64,000 nt of DNA from a virus (taxonomy: Duplodnaviria; Heunggongvirae; Uroviricota; Caudoviricetes). The notes under the pieces were generated by a model, which worked only from the letters and a program-made list of their open reading frames with translations, had not been told where the DNA came from and searched no databases. A program made the translations under genes and the position numbers. The stretch lies in IMG/VR virus record IMGVR_UViG_2925891887_000001. One strand, given 5' to 3'. This document shows, piece by piece, positions 1 through 9,762 of the stretch; the stretch's first letter is position 1, and each line of letters starts with the position of its first letter.

Positions 1-983
1 GTAATTTTAAGACCAAAGCAGAAGAGGTTGGTACTAAAGTGGGATCACCATGCTCTACTTGTGGCAAAGCCTACTGCGAAGAAGATCTATCAACGGTGAA
101 GGAGAATTTCATTGAACAAGCACGTCAGGAAATTGGTCAGGCGAAGACACTTGCAGAGGCAATGGCTAAACACAAAACGAATCTTGAGAAAGCGTTAAGC
201 ATTGAGTCTGCCCTTGTTAAAACGACACCTGATGTAACGGCTATCATTGCCCGGATTGAAGAGCTTACGAAACAACTCTCATCTTTGCGTCATCGTGAGA
301 AGGAGGTTGTCGCTATTGAGTCTCTTGTGACTCGTGCTCGTACTGAGGTCGATCGTATATCAAAAGAGATAAATCCGTTTATTGCTCTTATCGCCAGACA
401 CGAAGATAACCTGGTATCCAGTAAGTCTACCTTCAAGTCCTTAAAAGATGAGTTGAAGGCTATTCAGGAACAAACGTTGCTATTGGAAAAAGCTCGTCAG
501 GTCTACTCTCCTGCCGGGGTGCGTTCTCATATTTTGACGTCTGTTACGCCTTTCCTGAATACACGCACTGCCGAGTATCTCAATACGTTGTCTGACGGGA
601 ATATTACTGCTGAGTGGTCGACGATGGATGTCACTAAAAAAGGTGAGTATCGCGACAAATTCAACATTAGTGTGCAGAAGAAAGGTTCAAGTAAGTCGTT
701 CCAGACCCTCTCTGGTGGTGAGAAGCGGAAGGTTCGCATTGCGTGTTCTTTGGCATTGCAGGATCTGGTTAGTAACCGGGCGAGTAAAAACATCGATTTG
801 TTTATCGGCGACGAAATTGACGATGCACTCGATACAGCCGGTCTTGAACGCCTCATGGGTATTCTGGAGTCCAAAGCTCGCGAGCGAGGTACTGTGCTGA
901 TTATCTCCCATAAAGAGATGAAGTCATGGTTCCGGGAAACTATTACGCTGGAAGTTAAAGAGGGGCGCAGCTATGTCGTTTAA
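1..983 (+). CDS. SbcC/Rad50-like recombination ATPase, C-terminal part (5' end outside window)
   Basis: Frame is open from nt 3 with no stop before the listed GTG at 39. CxxC hook-like motif SPCSTCGKAYC, then a long coiled coil. ABC signature LSGGEKRKV, Walker B LFIGDEIDDALD, H-loop LIISHK. Confidence 0.75.
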   Translation, partial: NFKTKAEEVGTKVGSPCSTCGKAYCEEDLSTVKENFIEQARQEIGQAKTLAEAMAKHKTNLEKALSIESALVKTTPDVTAIIARIEELTKQLSSLRHREKEVVAIESLVTRARTEVDRISKEINPFIALIARHEDNLVSSKSTFKSLKDELKAIQEQTLLLEKARQVYSPAGVRSHILTSVTPFLNTRTAEYLNTLSDGNITAEWSTMDVTKKGEYRDKFNISVQKKGSSKSFQTLSGGEKRKVRIACSLALQDLVSNRASKNIDLFIGDEIDDALDTAGLERLMGILESKARERGTVLIISHKEMKSWFRETITLEVKEGRSYVV

Positions 984-1731
984 ATTAAGCCGCTCGCAGT
1001 TTTTGCAGGTATTTGCAGTGATGCAGTCGATAAAACTGATCAATGGGCATACTTCCAATGGTGCGGCTCCACGTATTCTGTGGGGCAGCAACAATATTGA
1101 CGGAGTACAATTTGCCGCGTTGCTTGGTCTAATATCCGAGACGCCATTGATGCAAAGTTTGAAATCACTACCACCTGGATGTATTGCGCCGATCCTGATT
1201 AATCCTTTTGTTGAGGGGGGATATCTTCCCAACGTCGGGCCTGGGTTTATTGCATCCCATGAAACTGAAGATCTTAACATTAATAGCGAAGGGTTCTTTG
1301 GGGGAATGGGTGCGCATCACTGTATGGCTTTCACGAACCTTATTCGACTTGCCAATAAGCGGGTGGATAGTTTGGCATCGCCAGGTGATGCTTTTACTGG
1401 TTTCCTTATCCAAAGGAGAGATAAAAAGTACAGTGCGGACAAACTACAGTTTGTTGGTAAGTATGGAGAAATGGTAGAAATCGAACTTCAGCTCCCTCAT
1501 GTTTTAGCAAACGATAGTGCAGACAGTCGGAGGCTGTTGGGCATCATGCGTCATTTCATAGCAAGTGGTGTTAAACATGCCGCAGATAAACATGCCGCAG
1601 ATAAACGTGTCACGCAGGAAAATGAGTATTCAGACTTTGCAAACTCTCCCCAACCAACGTTGCAAACGGCAATAGTAACCAATTCGTTGGAGGCGAGATT
1701 ATTGGAAAACCCTATATGGGGAACATGGTAA
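973..1731 (+). CDS. hypothetical protein (252 aa)
   Basis: Long ORF whose start overlaps the upstream gene end. No motif recognised. Confidence 0.5.
   Translation: MSFKLSRSQFLQVFAVMQSIKLINGHTSNGAAPRILWGSNNIDGVQFAALLGLISETPLMQSLKSLPPGCIAPILINPFVEGGYLPNVGPGFIASHETEDLNINSEGFFGGMGAHHCMAFTNLIRLANKRVDSLASPGDAFTGFLIQRRDKKYSADKLQFVGKYGEMVEIELQLPHVLANDSADSRRLLGIMRHFIASGVKHAADKHAADKRVTQENEYSDFANSPQPTLQTAIVTNSLEARLLENPIWGTW
1573..1606 (+). repeat. 15-nt in-frame tandem duplication (AAACATGCCGCAGAT, 2.3 copies)
   Basis: Direct reading of the sequence. It encodes KHAADKHAADK inside ORF 973-1731. Confidence 0.9.
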
Positions 1732-1740
1732 GGAGACTAT

Positions 1741-2310
1741 ATGAGTAAAAAAATCAGCGTAGTTGGTGTTGATCCCTCTATGAGCAACTTTGGGCTTGCT
1801 GTGGGCACTTTAGACCTTGAAACGGACGAACTTGAGATTCACGGCCTTACTCTTGTTGAGACTAAGGCGGGGAGTGACAAAAAGACCGTTCGTGTGAACA
1901 GTGACGATCTGCGTCGTGCCAGTGAAATATGGCGTGTTGCGAAGCCAATCATTGATAAGGCAAATATGGTTTTTTGTGAGCTACCGGTTGGGAGCCAAAG
2001 CTCTCGTTCGCAGACGTCTTACGGTATTTGTATCGGTGTACTTGCGTGTGTGGATAAGCCATTGATCCAGGTTACTCCAAACGAAATTAAGCATTTTGTC
2101 GGCAATAAACTTACTACATCGAAAGAAGAGATTATCCAGTGGGCTACGAAAAAACACCCTAAAGCACCGTGGCTGCGTCGTAAGCAATCTGGACAGGATG
2201 TTCTCGTGAACAAAAACGAACATTTGGCTGATGCGGTGGCTGCCATCCATACCGGTATGCAAACAGATCAGTTCCGCCAGGTGCGCGATGTTCTTAAGTC
2301 TCTCATTTGA
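1741..2310 (+). CDS. RuvC-like Holliday junction resolvase
   Basis: N-terminal VVGVDPS (Asp), FCELPVG (Glu) and C-terminal NEHLADAVAAIH match the RuvC/RNase H-fold acidic residue pattern. RBS GGAGA lies 6 nt upstream. Confidence 0.6.
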   Translation: MSKKISVVGVDPSMSNFGLAVGTLDLETDELEIHGLTLVETKAGSDKKTVRVNSDDLRRASEIWRVAKPIIDKANMVFCELPVGSQSSRSQTSYGICIGVLACVDKPLIQVTPNEIKHFVGNKLTTSKEEIIQWATKKHPKAPWLRRKQSGQDVLVNKNEHLADAVAAIHTGMQTDQFRQVRDVLKSLI

Positions 2311-2317
2311 TTTCATT

Positions 2318-2338
2318 GATAGGTAAGTACTTATCTAT
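2318..2338. repeat. GTAAGTA-type intergenic palindrome (GATAGGTAAGTACTTATCTAT)
   Basis: Near-perfect dyad starting 8 nt after the stop codon. Member of a family of at least 15 copies (see findings). Confidence 0.8.
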
Positions 2339-2344
2339 TAACAT

Positions 2345-2375
2345 GGGCCACTATATTTAGTGGCCCTCTTTATTT
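2345..2375 (+). terminator. intrinsic terminator
   Basis: GGGCCACTA/TAGTGGCCC 9-bp stem, 4-nt loop, then TCTTTATTT. Confidence 0.7.
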
Positions 2376-2383
2376 GGTGATAC

Positions 2384-4699
2384 ATGATAAGCATCGTAAA
2401 ACGTAACGGCCAAACAGAGCCGTTATCCGAAGAAAAATACAACCGCGTCGTAATGTATGGCGTAGAAGGCATTCGTGGTGTAAGCGCATCCGCTGTAGCA
2501 ATGGGAGCTGCGGCCAGCATTTTTGATGGGATGACCACCAGCCAGTTGCATGAGGCTTTGGTTAAATCTGCCGCTGATTTGATCTCACCAGAAGCACCAA
2601 ATTACTCACAGGTGGCTGCCCGCCTGAACATTTTTAAAATCCGCAAAGATGCCTTCGGTCGTTACGACTATCCGAACTTCTACCAACACATTGTCAAGAA
2701 CGTTAACAAGGGCGTTTATGACAAGGATTTGCTGACACATTATTCGTTTGAAGAGATCGAAGAACTCGGCAATTACATTAAGCCTAAACGTGACGATCTT
2801 TTTGGCTATGCAGCTACGGTGCAGTTGCAAAGCAAATACCTCGTTCAAAACCGTGTTACTGGTGAGATTCATGAGGGGCCGCAACATATCTATATGCTGG
2901 TAGGCATGTGTCTGTTCCAGAATTGGGAAGACGACTGCGCTGGCAAAACACGTATGGAGATGGTCAAAGGTTTCTATGACGTTACAAGTACGTTCAAACT
3001 GTCTCTGCCCACACCAATCATGGCCGGCGTCCGTACTCCAACCCGTCAGTTCTCCAGTTGTGTGCTGATTGAGTCTGGCGATAGTCTGAAAGGGATTAGT
3101 GCAGCTTCAGCCGCAATTATCGACTACGTTTCACGTCGTGCTGGAATTGGTATTGGTTTTGGCCGTATCCGTGCGCTGGGCAGCGAGATCCGCAATGGTG
3201 AAGCCACCCATACCGGAGTTATTCCATTCCTGAAGCATTTCCAGACGGCTGTTAAATCTTGTTCGCAAGGTGGTGTTCGTGGTGGCGCAGCAACAGCGTT
3301 TTACCCGATCTGGCATCTTGAAGTTGAAAGTCTGCTGGTGGTGAAAAATAACCGTGGTATTGATGAAAACCGCGTTCGCCATCTTGATTACGGCGTCATG
3401 AGTAACCGTCTAATGTACCGTCGACTCGTCAGAAGCGAGAACATCACTCTGTTCAGCCCGCATGATGTGCCTGATATGTACGAAGCCTTCTTCACAGACC
3501 AGGAGCTGTTTGAAAAGCTGTACCATAAATACGAAGCCGATGATTCAATTCGCAAGAAGTCAGTACCTGCCATTGAGCTGTTCTCATCTCTGATGCAGGA
3601 ACGAGCGTCCACGGGCCGAATTTATATTGCGAACGTCGATCATATTAATGAGCATGGCGCTTTCATTCCTGCTCTTGCACCTGTCCGCCAGTCAAACCTG
3701 TGTATGGAGATCACCCTACCCACCCGTCCACTGGCATTTACCGACGACCCGAACGGTGAGATCGCGCTATGCACTTTATCCGCTTTTAACCTCGGAGCCA
3801 TCCGTTCACTGGAGTCTCTTAAAGAGGTGGCGTTCTATGCCGTTGCTGCACTGGATTCGTTACTGGATTATCAAGACTATCCGATGGAGGCAGCCGAAGT
3901 GCCTGCCAAAGCTCGTCGTAGCTTGGGAATTGGTGTAACCAACTTTGCTTATTACCTGGCAAAGAATGGCGTTCGTTATTCTGATACCGCTGGCAATAAA
4001 CTGGTGCATGAAACATTCGAAGCTATCCAGTATTACCTTCTTGATGCCAGCTGCCGACTTGCTGAAGCAAAAGGTGAGTGTGACTGGTTTGAGCAGACCA
4101 AGTACGCAATTGGTCAGTTGCCGATCGACCATTACCGTTCTTCATTAGACGAAAGTGGCGAAACCAACTTTGAGTTAAAGATGCCGTGGGAAGAACTGCG
4201 TGAACGTATTGCAAAATACGGCCTTCGCAACTCCACACTGACGGCACAAATGCCATGCGAGACTTCCAGCCAGATCACTAATTCCACCAACGGCATCGAA
4301 CCGCCTCGTGGCCCGGTGTCGGTGAAATCTTCTAAGGACGGCATCGTTAAGATGGTCGTGCCTGAGTTTGAAAAACTGAAGGAACAGTATGAATACCTGT
4401 GGGATATGCCGGACAACCGCGGCTATCTGACAAAGGTGGCGATCATCCAGAAGTTCTTTGACCAGGCTATTTCAGCCAATACCAACTATGACCCTTCTCG
4501 CTTTGAAGGCGATAAAGTCCCAATGATGACGCTACTGTCAGATTTGCTTCTCGCCTACAAGATGGGAGTTAAAACGCTTTACTACCACAACACCAGAGAT
4601 GGGGCAGGAAAGCGTGATGACGACGAACCGCAAAATCCACTGACGCAAGCTGTAGCCGTCGAGCCAGAAGATGAGTGCGACGGAGCCTGCAAAATCTGA
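2384..4699 (+). CDS. nrdA: ribonucleoside-diphosphate reductase class Ia alpha subunit
   Basis: 771 aa. N-terminal ATP-cone (VKRNGQTEPL), active-site NLCMEI and CTLSAFNL, SQITNSTNGIEPP, C-terminal CDGAC redox pair. Followed by nrdB. Confidence 0.95.
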   Translation: MISIVKRNGQTEPLSEEKYNRVVMYGVEGIRGVSASAVAMGAAASIFDGMTTSQLHEALVKSAADLISPEAPNYSQVAARLNIFKIRKDAFGRYDYPNFYQHIVKNVNKGVYDKDLLTHYSFEEIEELGNYIKPKRDDLFGYAATVQLQSKYLVQNRVTGEIHEGPQHIYMLVGMCLFQNWEDDCAGKTRMEMVKGFYDVTSTFKLSLPTPIMAGVRTPTRQFSSCVLIESGDSLKGISAASAAIIDYVSRRAGIGIGFGRIRALGSEIRNGEATHTGVIPFLKHFQTAVKSCSQGGVRGGAATAFYPIWHLEVESLLVVKNNRGIDENRVRHLDYGVMSNRLMYRRLVRSENITLFSPHDVPDMYEAFFTDQELFEKLYHKYEADDSIRKKSVPAIELFSSLMQERASTGRIYIANVDHINEHGAFIPALAPVRQSNLCMEITLPTRPLAFTDDPNGEIALCTLSAFNLGAIRSLESLKEVAFYAVAALDSLLDYQDYPMEAAEVPAKARRSLGIGVTNFAYYLAKNGVRYSDTAGNKLVHETFEAIQYYLLDASCRLAEAKGECDWFEQTKYAIGQLPIDHYRSSLDESGETNFELKMPWEELRERIAKYGLRNSTLTAQMPCETSSQITNSTNGIEPPRGPVSVKSSKDGIVKMVVPEFEKLKEQYEYLWDMPDNRGYLTKVAIIQKFFDQAISANTNYDPSRFEGDKVPMMTLLSDLLLAYKMGVKTLYYHNTRDGAGKRDDDEPQNPLTQAVAVEPEDECDGACKI

Positions 4700-4704
4700 C
4701 ATAT

Positions 4705-4735
4705 GGTGGGGTGTATCCCCACCTTCTCTTTGATT
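4705..4735 (+). terminator. intrinsic terminator
   Basis: GGTGGGG/CCCCACC stem, 5-nt loop, T-rich tail. Confidence 0.65.
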
Positions 4736-4744
4736 TGTAAGCCT

Positions 4745-4775
4745 TGTTTAAACAAATAAGATAACAACTTGTTTA
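4745..4775 (+). promoter_or_regulatory. AAACAA-N-TTGTTT operator cassette upstream of nrdB
   Basis: TTGTTTAAACAA palindrome (4745-4756) and TAACAACTTGTTTA (4762-4775). Leader ends AAGGAAAAACACATG, as at 15018, 15741 and 18195. Confidence 0.5.
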
Positions 4776-4804
4776 AACACATCAAAAAGCAAAAGGAAAA
4801 ACAC

Positions 4805-5947
4805 ATGTCATATTCAACGTTCCGTTTGGGTGCTAATGATGCAACCAAAGAGCCTATGTTCCTCGGACAATCTGTCAACGTGGCACGTTACGATCAGCAA
4901 AAATACCGTGATTTTGAAAAGTTGATTGAACGTCAATTGTCTTTCTTCTGGCGGCCGGAAGAAGTTGATATTTCGAGCGATCGTATCGACTTCAACACGA
5001 AGCTGCGGGACCACGAACGTCACATTTTTCTGAGCAATCTCCGTTATCAAACGTTACTCGATTCAGTTCAGGGACGTAGCCCAAATGCAACGCTGCTGCC
5101 GCTTATCTCTATTCCTGAACTGGAAACGTGGGTTGAAACATGGTCTTTCTCTGAGACTATCCATAGCCGCAGCTACACCCACATTATTCGTGGCATGGTG
5201 GACGATCCGAGCATTGTTTTTGACGGTATTGTTACGGATGAAGAAATCATCAACCGAGCGATCAGTATCTCTGCTGAATATGACAGGCTTTATGGGATGA
5301 CCTGCGAGCGCCAGTCGTTAGGTGAGAAAGAGTTTGAACGTCTGTACGTAAATGAATATGGCTGGGAGCCATACCCTTTGCATCGTCAGCTTTTCCGCAC
5401 GTTGGTGTCCATTAATGCGCTTGAGGCGATCCGTTTCTACGTAAGTTTTGCATGTACGTTTGCCTTTGGTGAACGGAAGTTGCTTGAGGGTAACACCAAA
5501 ATTATGCGCTTTATTGCCCGTGATGAAGCTCTGCATTGCGAAGGAACTGAACGCATGATCCGCTTCATGCGTACCGGTCGCGAAGGTTTATTGTGGAAAG
5601 AGATTGCTGCTGATGAAGAAAACGTCATTTACGACACCATGAAATCAGTCGCCGAACAAGAAATGAACTGGGCAGACTATCTCTTCAAAGACGGTTCGAT
5701 GATTGGTTTAAACGCGGATATTCTCAAAACCTATGTAAAATACCGCACCAATCTGGCTATGAATCGTCTTGGCCTGAAGGCTTTATTTCCAGAAGTTACC
5801 ACTGATCCGCTGGTCTGGATGAACAAGTGGTTGTTAACCGACACACTGCAAATTGCACCACAAGAGGCAGAGCAAAGCACATATCTGGTAGGTCAGATAG
5901 ATTCTACCGTGGATAAGGCTTCTCTAAGCCAGTTTGCAGACCTGTAA
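4805..5947 (+). CDS. nrdB: ribonucleoside-diphosphate reductase class Ia beta subunit
   Basis: From [34 protein letters not shown] the protein is collinear with E. coli NrdB as I recall it. RBS AAGGAAAAA precedes ATG 4805. The listed start at 4769 is probably too far upstream. Confidence 0.95.
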   Translation: MSYSTFRLGANDATKEPMFLGQSVNVARYDQQKYRDFEKLIERQLSFFWRPEEVDISSDRIDFNTKLRDHERHIFLSNLRYQTLLDSVQGRSPNATLLPLISIPELETWVETWSFSETIHSRSYTHIIRGMVDDPSIVFDGIVTDEEIINRAISISAEYDRLYGMTCERQSLGEKEFERLYVNEYGWEPYPLHRQLFRTLVSINALEAIRFYVSFACTFAFGERKLLEGNTKIMRFIARDEALHCEGTERMIRFMRTGREGLLWKEIAADEENVIYDTMKSVAEQEMNWADYLFKDGSMIGLNADILKTYVKYRTNLAMNRLGLKALFPEVTTDPLVWMNKWLLTDTLQIAPQEAEQSTYLVGQIDSTVDKASLSQFADL

Positions 5948-6024
5948 ACCGATACAAAGCATTATGTGGCCTGGCAACGCTGGGCCACAATGGATCACAA
6001 GAATTAAGAAGGAACAAAACTAGC

Positions 6025-6894
6025 ATGAACTTTACCAAACTGACTGACCACCTGAAACTTGCCACCGATCGACTCATTGGATTTAAGCCAGAACCATATG
6101 AGTTGCATGAAGGCCATGGTGTAGCCACTGAAAGTATTTACAAGATGGTCGATCAGTTTCATGAACTCTTCCAGCATCCGAGACGCGTTATGCCGACACC
6201 AGCGCTGCTTCGTCTCCGTGCAAGCCTGATTCATGAAGAAGCTGTAGTGGAAGGTATTCCAGCCGCAATGAATGGGGATATTGAGCAACTGCTGGATGCA
6301 ATGGCCGACTTTTTATACGTTGGTGTTGGTACGATGGTCGCCATCAAAGGTGGTATTTCTACCGGCATGACCTATTACACGCAGGAACAGAGCATTGATC
6401 GCTTTATGCAGACAATTTTTGTGCCTGGTAACACTGTTTTCGATGATATGGCAATGCCATTTCAGGAAGCTCGTGAGGCGTCATGTATGCTCGAAGAGCT
6501 GGCAGATAAACTTGAGAACAAGACTGTTAAGGATTCTGAGCTGATTCAGGAACTGCGCCGTGTAATGAACAAAATCTATGTGGCGTGCATGATGACCTAT
6601 CGACTGGCTGATTTCCTCGGTATCAATGTTGTCGAGCTGGTTGGCGAAATTCATCGGTCCAACATGACAAAATTATGGCCTGCAGATGCCGAAGAGCGTC
6701 GCCATGCTGTGGCCAACTGCAAATACGACTCTTCTGACCTGGGATTTCGCCATGCTGATGGCACCGATAAGATGATCGGTTTTCGAATTTCCGATGGAAA
6801 GATTCTGAAGTCTCCAACCTATAGTGATGTCGATTTATCCTCCTTTGTTGAGCAAGCTAAAGCCTCAGCAATGTACGGAATGATCAAAAAATAA
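6025..6894 (+). CDS. putative all-alpha NTP pyrophosphohydrolase (MazG/HisE-like)
   Basis: RLRASLIHEEAVVEGIPAAMNGDIEQLLDAMADFLYV matches the EExxE...D/ExxD metal-binding helix pattern of MazG-like enzymes. It sits in the nucleotide-metabolism cluster. Confidence 0.4.
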   Translation: MNFTKLTDHLKLATDRLIGFKPEPYELHEGHGVATESIYKMVDQFHELFQHPRRVMPTPALLRLRASLIHEEAVVEGIPAAMNGDIEQLLDAMADFLYVGVGTMVAIKGGISTGMTYYTQEQSIDRFMQTIFVPGNTVFDDMAMPFQEAREASCMLEELADKLENKTVKDSELIQELRRVMNKIYVACMMTYRLADFLGINVVELVGEIHRSNMTKLWPADAEERRHAVANCKYDSSDLGFRHADGTDKMIGFRISDGKILKSPTYSDVDLSSFVEQAKASAMYGMIKK

Positions 6895-6962
6895 TTGTAG
6901 GTAGTTATCTATCTGTGTATATTGCATTTGCGCGTTAAATTTCTGAAACAACTATTCGTTTT

Positions 6963-6988
6963 TGGTGGCCTATGGCCACCATTTTTTT
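6963..6988 (+). terminator. intrinsic terminator
   Basis: TGGTGGCC/GGCCACCA stem, 3-nt loop, T7 run. Confidence 0.8.
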
Positions 6989-7065
6989 ATCTATCTGGTC
7001 TTGTTCTCTCAATAAATGTAAACTCACACAATGAATAAGTGGTTACTTATCTTTGTGAGGTTTTT

Positions 7066-8169
7066 GTGTCACTCCTTTTGAATCGTGAGCATACGAACGG
7101 TCAGGTAACAAACGCATCGTATGCAAAAGTTATTGAGACGGTGCTTAAAAGCGGCGTGCAGGCTGATGATCGCACAGGCACTGGTACTTTAAGCACCTGC
7201 TACGTTCCCTCTTACTACATGCTTACTGGTGGGACTGTGCCGCTTATTTCTGGAAAGGCGGTAAATCTTAAGCCACTACTTGTCGAACTTGAGTGGTATC
7301 TGAAAGGCACGGGCAACATCCAATTTCTCAAGGATAACGGCGTTAAGATTTGGGATGCATGGGCCGATGAGAATGGCGATTTGGGGCCGGTTTACGGTAA
7401 GCAGTGGCGTCGATGGGAAGATACCCGCATCGTGAGCCATAGTGAATATCTGAGCAAGATCGATACTTTCCGTGAACGCGGGTACAAAGTCGAGGGATAC
7501 CTGGGTATCAGTGAAGATCGCGTAGTGCTGTCCCGTGAAATCGATCAGCTACAGCGTATTGTCGATACACTGCGCACGAATCCTACCGATCGTCGCATCA
7601 TGCTTAACGCATGGAACGTAGGCGAGCTTGAGGATATGAAACTGCCACCTTGCCACTTTGTCTTCTCTTTGTGGAGTCGTGAGCTTGATTTTGAAACCCG
7701 TTTAACGATGGCAACTGACATTGGTCTTCAACACAGTCGCCTCGGTTATGAGTCTATCTACACCAAGATGCTATACGATCTGGAGATGGACGGCAGTGTT
7801 ACTGAAACTGAACTGGATGAACTTGGAATCCCCAAACGCATCCTCAACTCCTGCCTCGTACAGCGTAGCGTAGACACTTTTGTTGGTATGCCATTCAATA
7901 TTGCTGGCTATGGCATTCTCACTCATTTTCTCGCGAAGATTACGGGTCACATGGCCGGTGCATTTGTGCATTTTGGCTTTGACGTGCATTTGTACAACAA
8001 CCACATGGAAGGTGTGTGTGAGCTAATGCAACGACAGGCTCCAGAGCATTCAGATCCGGTCGTTATATTCCCTAATGAATGGTCTGAGCTGGATGATTTC
8101 AAATGGGACGAGATTCTTATTCTTGGCTATGCCCCTCTACCGTGGATCAAGGTTCCAGTGGCGGTGTGA
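7066..8169 (+). CDS. thyA: thymidylate synthase (ThyA family) with two large insertions
   Basis: DRTGTGTLS, GPVYGKQWR, DRRIMLNAWNVGELEDMKLPPCH (catalytic Cys), QRSVDTFVGMPFNIAGY (Asn consistent with dUMP specificity). GTG 7066 follows a GAGG RBS. The listed start at 7039 lies inside an intergenic palindrome. Confidence 0.85.
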   Translation: MSLLLNREHTNGQVTNASYAKVIETVLKSGVQADDRTGTGTLSTCYVPSYYMLTGGTVPLISGKAVNLKPLLVELEWYLKGTGNIQFLKDNGVKIWDAWADENGDLGPVYGKQWRRWEDTRIVSHSEYLSKIDTFRERGYKVEGYLGISEDRVVLSREIDQLQRIVDTLRTNPTDRRIMLNAWNVGELEDMKLPPCHFVFSLWSRELDFETRLTMATDIGLQHSRLGYESIYTKMLYDLEMDGSVTETELDELGIPKRILNSCLVQRSVDTFVGMPFNIAGYGILTHFLAKITGHMAGAFVHFGFDVHLYNNHMEGVCELMQRQAPEHSDPVVIFPNEWSELDDFKWDEILILGYAPLPWIKVPVAV

Positions 8170-8170
8170 T

Positions 8171-8584
8171 ATGGCAAGAGGTATGTATGTCTTATGCGAA
8201 ATTGAAGGTGTGCTGGCAAATACCAGCCATCGTAAATCTGTATCTGACTCGGATGCAGGCCAATTCATTGCCGGTGATGAACTCATTTTCCCCACCAGCC
8301 GTATGTTGCGTGGTTTTGCTCGCTCAGGGGCTGAAGTGGTGCTTATCAGTAGCCGCTCTGAAACTCTTGAAGCGCCCACTAAACGATGGCTGAAAGATTT
8401 TGGTGTTGATTACGACTGGCTTCACCTCGTACCGAATAGCACTAGTTATGAGAAGCATATTAAGCGCACATTAGCGGAGCATAAAGGCGATCTGCTTATC
8501 GCTGCGCTGGTGCACGATCCTCGACTCCGTGCCGCTTTAGCTGACTCTCATCATAGACCGGTCATCTATGAGGTGAGCAAATGA
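8171..8584 (+). CDS. HAD-fold-like protein, possible nucleotidase (motif I degenerate)
   Basis: ATG 8171 directly follows the thyA stop. N-terminal VLCEIEGVLA resembles HAD motif I (DxDGVL) but has Glu in place of both Asp. Context is nucleotide metabolism. Confidence 0.3.
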   Translation: MARGMYVLCEIEGVLANTSHRKSVSDSDAGQFIAGDELIFPTSRMLRGFARSGAEVVLISSRSETLEAPTKRWLKDFGVDYDWLHLVPNSTSYEKHIKRTLAEHKGDLLIAALVHDPRLRAALADSHHRPVIYEVSK

Positions 8585-9057
8585 AGATGATAGCTGCTGT
8601 TGGCCGTAACTATGAGATCGGCATAGCGAACGAACTGCCCTGGCGTTGTTCTACCGATCTGAAGCTATTTAAGAGACTCACCAAAAACGCCACTGTCGTT
8701 ATGGGGCGTAAAACGATGGAAAGTCTCAAACGCCCTCTTCCAGAGCGTCATAACCTCGTTTTGACGCGCTCTCATGGCTTTGTACCAAATGGATTCTACC
8801 CTGCTGGTGTGGATGATGTGTTGCGATTACCAGAGCCAGTGTGGGTGATTGGCGGGGAACAAATTTACTCGCTATTCATGCCGCATGTTGAAGAGATTTG
8901 GCTCTCCCACATCGGCGTTGATGTGCCAAACGCCGATGCATTCTTCCCGGCAAGCATGATGCGTAATTTAGGCTTTGTGCCTGTTGAAACAGCTTATACC
9001 CAACGAGCCAGCGAGGAAGAGCCTGGCTTTTCGCAGATCGTATACAGAAGGTCGTAA
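8581..9057 (+). CDS. folA: dihydrofolate reductase
   Basis: MIAAVGRNYEIGIANELPW...DLKLFKRLT...VVMGRKTMESL...RPLPERHNLVLTR is the classic DHFR pattern. ATGA overlap with the upstream gene. Confidence 0.9.
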   Translation: MKMIAAVGRNYEIGIANELPWRCSTDLKLFKRLTKNATVVMGRKTMESLKRPLPERHNLVLTRSHGFVPNGFYPAGVDDVLRLPEPVWVIGGEQIYSLFMPHVEEIWLSHIGVDVPNADAFFPASMMRNLGFVPVETAYTQRASEEEPGFSQIVYRRS

Positions 9058-9701
9058 TGGATTACCGGATTGGGATCACTGGTGCTCAGGGCAGTGGGAA
9101 AACAACCCTGGCTAAATATATCGACAAACATTACGGAATCCCTTACGTGGATGCTGGTGTCGGAAGTTTGATGAGCCGCCTCGGTGTTCGAGTAGGTGAT
9201 TCTATGCCTCTATATGAGCGGCTTCAGATTCAAATGGAAATAGCAAAGCATATAGAGCTACTTACACGTGGTGTTGAAGGCTTTGTTATCGATCGCACAC
9301 CTGCTGATGTTATGGCCTACACGTTGGATTTGGTCGGCCATACCAATGAAGATCGGTGTATTGAGTTAGCCCTCGATATCGAAAAGTTTTGCCACAAAAC
9401 TGCTATTTCAAACTTTAACGCCATTGCTGGCTTACGCCCGGGAGTCGCTCTCTCAGAGCGAGATTACTTGCGATCACAACGAGCATCATTAGACCGTCTG
9501 TATGTCGCTCGTATTGATGCGTTGATGTGCGGGGAACTGACAAAAATTCACCTGCATCCGCAAAGGGGAGATCTGCAAACCTTCGTCGTTTCCAACCGGT
9601 ATCGCACAGTTGAAGCAAGAGCCAGATCAGTGATGAGAATGCTAGATAACGCTGTAGAAAAGATAGAAAACCGGTTCTGTGGCCGAGTGACCGTTCATTA
9701 G
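9057..9701 (+). CDS. P-loop NTPase, putative (deoxy)nucleotide kinase
   Basis: Walker A GITGAQGSGKTTLAKY at the N-terminus, about 214 aa. Overlaps the DHFR stop (TAATG). Sits in the nucleotide-metabolism cluster. Confidence 0.45.
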   Translation: MDYRIGITGAQGSGKTTLAKYIDKHYGIPYVDAGVGSLMSRLGVRVGDSMPLYERLQIQMEIAKHIELLTRGVEGFVIDRTPADVMAYTLDLVGHTNEDRCIELALDIEKFCHKTAISNFNAIAGLRPGVALSERDYLRSQRASLDRLYVARIDALMCGELTKIHLHPQRGDLQTFVVSNRYRTVEARARSVMRMLDNAVEKIENRFCGRVTVH

Positions 9702-9762
9702 AAATTGTTCGCCTCTTCGACATTGCGACAATAAAACTCTCAAAATGGGTTAAGGATAAAAA

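Noticed and set aside
2321-2330. AGGTAAGTAC matching the eukaryotic 5' splice-site consensus
   Set aside because: This is a coincidence of an AT-rich bacterial palindrome. The context is clearly prokaryotic.
7039-7065. Listed GTG start of the ThyA-like ORF
   Set aside because: It lies within the intergenic palindrome ATAAGTGGTTACTTAT and has no RBS. GTG 7066 follows GAGG and matches the ThyA N-terminal length better.
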